A DNA stretch of 64,000 bases from Octopus sinensis (Eukaryota), in NCBI RefSeq assembly GCF_006345805.1, contig NC_042997.1, positions 108,128,001 through 108,192,000 on the forward strand. Reading direction: 5' to 3'. The translations under genes were made by a program, and so were the position numbers. Each line of letters opens with the position of its first letter. The first letter of the stretch is position 1. Positions 61,263 to 64,000 of the stretch are shown in pieces. Below the pieces are notes generated by a model. That model had not been told where the DNA came from. It made no database searches and was given only the letters and a program-made list of their open reading frames with translations.

Positions 61263-64000
61263 CATTTATGGAACACACGGCCCGGGTTTTTTTTTTTCCT
61301 CGGTGATATTTTTGAAAGATATACACTGAGGACAGAAAAGAAGGGAAATGAGAAAAGGGAGTCAATCGATACATTATTGGGAACGTCTGTGCTGCAATTC
61401 ATCGATAGATAACTGCTGTTGATGACTGGATAACTAGATAGATTGATAGCAACCTTGTGTGCAATTGTTAGAGTATGAATCGAAGGGTTGACCGTTCGTA
61501 TCTTATAAACACTTGCTATTTAAGATAAAACTTAGTCCAAATAGACAGAGAAACGCTCATGATGTTTGTGGGTTCTTTCAGGCTTGTGGAGTTGTGTTCC
61601 AAGAGCCTGTCCGTCGTGTTTAATGCCTGGTTCCTGTTGAATGAGATTTCGTTTGTAATACGTCTGTTGCAGGATTTTTCGAAGACTTTTTAACTTTATA
61701 CCTCATTTACAACGGGTTTAACTATGTCTGTGCGTCCCTGTAGACTTCGTGCATTTTTCTGAATTTAGTTGTCTCGAAGAATCGACAATTTACATCTGCA
61801 GACGCAGCAACTGAAGAATCGCATCCATGAGTTCAATTCCGGCATCAGGCAAAGCTCTCTTCACAGTTATTTTTTCATTTGTTAACAAAAGGAAATCAAA
61901 ATATCGCTGATATAAAGGGTCAGTTGTGTGGCTGTTGTTGTTTAGTTTTAGGTCAGTGTTAAGAGAACAGATTTATAATCAAAAACATTTCGGCTTTGAC
62001 CAGCTCATCTTTTTGTATATCCACGACTAGATAATCCGAAGTACTTCCGTTTTTAGGCGATAGGGTGCAATTTTCGGAATATTTGGCTATTATATCTAAC
62101 AGATCAAGTGACCACGTAGAGGATACCTGGTTTAGAAGGTATCCTGATATGAAGTCGTATCTCTGTAAGGTAGTTCTAAGGGGCACAGTGGGAGGCCAGT
62201 GTACAATATTATCCTGCTACCACTTCACCACTCATGTGGGGTGGAGGGAGAAAGAGAGGGAGAGACTTTAGGAATAAATTTTCAAAAATAAATGAAAGAG
62301 TAATAAGAATACGAGTCATTCATGCATTTTTCATTTAGCCGTTAATGAAGATCTGTTTTTAGTTAGTTTACAGTGGTGGAGGGAAATCCTCCCCTGTGTT
62401 AAGCTTGGCATAGACTGACGTTTCTATCGAGAGAAAGGTGGGAAGAGAAAGACAGGAGAAAAGAGGAGAGAGTAAGAGAAGGGAGAGAAAGGGAAGAGAA
62501 AAAAAGGCGAGAGAGAGAGAGAGAGAGAAAGAGACAGAGAGATGAGTTTTTAAGCTGTAGCAGGGATTCGATACCAAACCGCTATATACTCGGTCAGCCA
62601 CCTCGTGTGAACCACCAGTTTCGTGTGATCCATCTATGAATTGATAAATCAGCCCGAGGTTGTGGTGTGATGTGGTTCCCTCAAATATTCTAAAATTTGA
62701 TTTCTTATCCCCTACAAAAAAAAAACCGTTTGGCGCATAACTTATAGGCAGATAACCCATAGGCCGCTGACGCCTCAGATCTCCTCGGGGATTTGCGCAG
62801 ATGACTTCATGCATTTTTGAACTGGCAGCATGATGTCACACAGTTAAATGTTTATAATATCAAAGCAATTTTCCTCTTTTCTCATTCGACAGTTATTAAT
62901 GTTGCTCACTATAATTCGCCAACACCAAATATCTTTATGTCCGACAATAAATATTACAGATAAATGCTCTTCAGTTTACTTCAGTTAGTATTCACGCAGC
63001 CAGCGAAAGATGTCTTCGTTGATCATCTCAACCCAGGCGACAGCAAAATGTCTTGCGAAAAAGTGTTTAACATACTAACATGTCGATTGAAGTCTGGTAA
63101 ACCGTTCTGGTGGAAAAGAGCTGGAAGACTTTGCTTAAATTGAAATAAATACAACGTCAACCATCTTACTATTCACCCACCTTCAGCAATCTGCACCCCA
63201 CACTCGATGAAGACCGTCAACCACGAAATAATAAAAGGGAAGCCGTAGAATTCTTGCGGAATTCAACGGCAATCGAAACTTAACCAAGTCTTCATGCGAT
63301 GAGATTTACTCGTCATGGCCGAGGAATTTACTGAAATATTGGTGGAGGTTCTATGTATGAAAACTAACGTTAAAATTGTATGGAATAGGCTATCGCTTAC
63401 ATACACACACATGCGCACACACGGACACAGACAGACAAACAGACAGAGAGACACACATTTCTAATTATACCTAGATTCAATGAGGTGGCCATTGAGGAAG
63501 TCTTTTCCGTGACATCCCCTGCCTTCGTCAATGCGGGATCTGTTGAGGTCAGATACAATAAACCAACTGTCCACAACAGGTTTGAATTGATGCGTTCTGA
63601 GCAAGAAGGTAAACACCTCGTTTACTCGGCCATTCCACATACGTGAAATGAATAAAGAATTATTTCAACAAGGAACAACATAAAAGAGATCGAAGCTGTC
63701 TCGGATGTGATTGATCTGAGGAAGATGAAAGGGAAGACGGTCCGTAAAAGTGATTTGAACTTAGAATCTCGAGACGTGAAAGTGAACAAGTTGGAATATT
63801 AAATATGTCGACGACTGACATGAGATAAAAATATAATCTTCAAATTAGGCCTCTGAATTACTTTAAGTGGGGGAGGATGTTGAAAATGATGTCGTTTGTG
63901 TCTATAAATACCGTCAAAGTTATAAAAGTTTTTCGTTTCTTAACATCGGACACAGCAGAGAGATTTTCAAAGAATGTAGTCTTAAAGTGACACAGCGGGT

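Overview
AT-rich, microsatellite-saturated eukaryotic DNA that I read as intronic or intergenic sequence from an octopod cephalopod (Octopus-like). The organism call is inference from the repeat families, not a database result. I recognise no host protein-coding gene; most long ORFs in the track are translated microsatellites or decayed transposon ORFs. The window contains: three tRNA-derived SINE families (labelled A, B, C here; about 20 copies or fragments); R4/Dong-type RLE LINE fragments, several nested in (AAT)n tracts; RTE and CR1/L2-type LINE remnants; Penelope-like (PLE) remnants with minimal hammerhead ribozyme (HHR) motifs; a decayed maT/DD37D-like Tc1/mariner transposase; two Helitrons; several MITE-like foldbacks; and one 100-N assembly gap. 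Two observations stand out. (1) A head-to-tail array of three ~555-bp non-coding units at 28501-30213, each with a minus-strand minimal type I hammerhead whose stem III is palindromic (dimer-type), which is a retrozyme-like architecture. (2) A ~558-bp non-coding element present four times, always ending in (AAT)n, which looks like a non-autonomous passenger of the R4/Dong machinery. A few candidate exon and promoter signals are reported at low confidence only.
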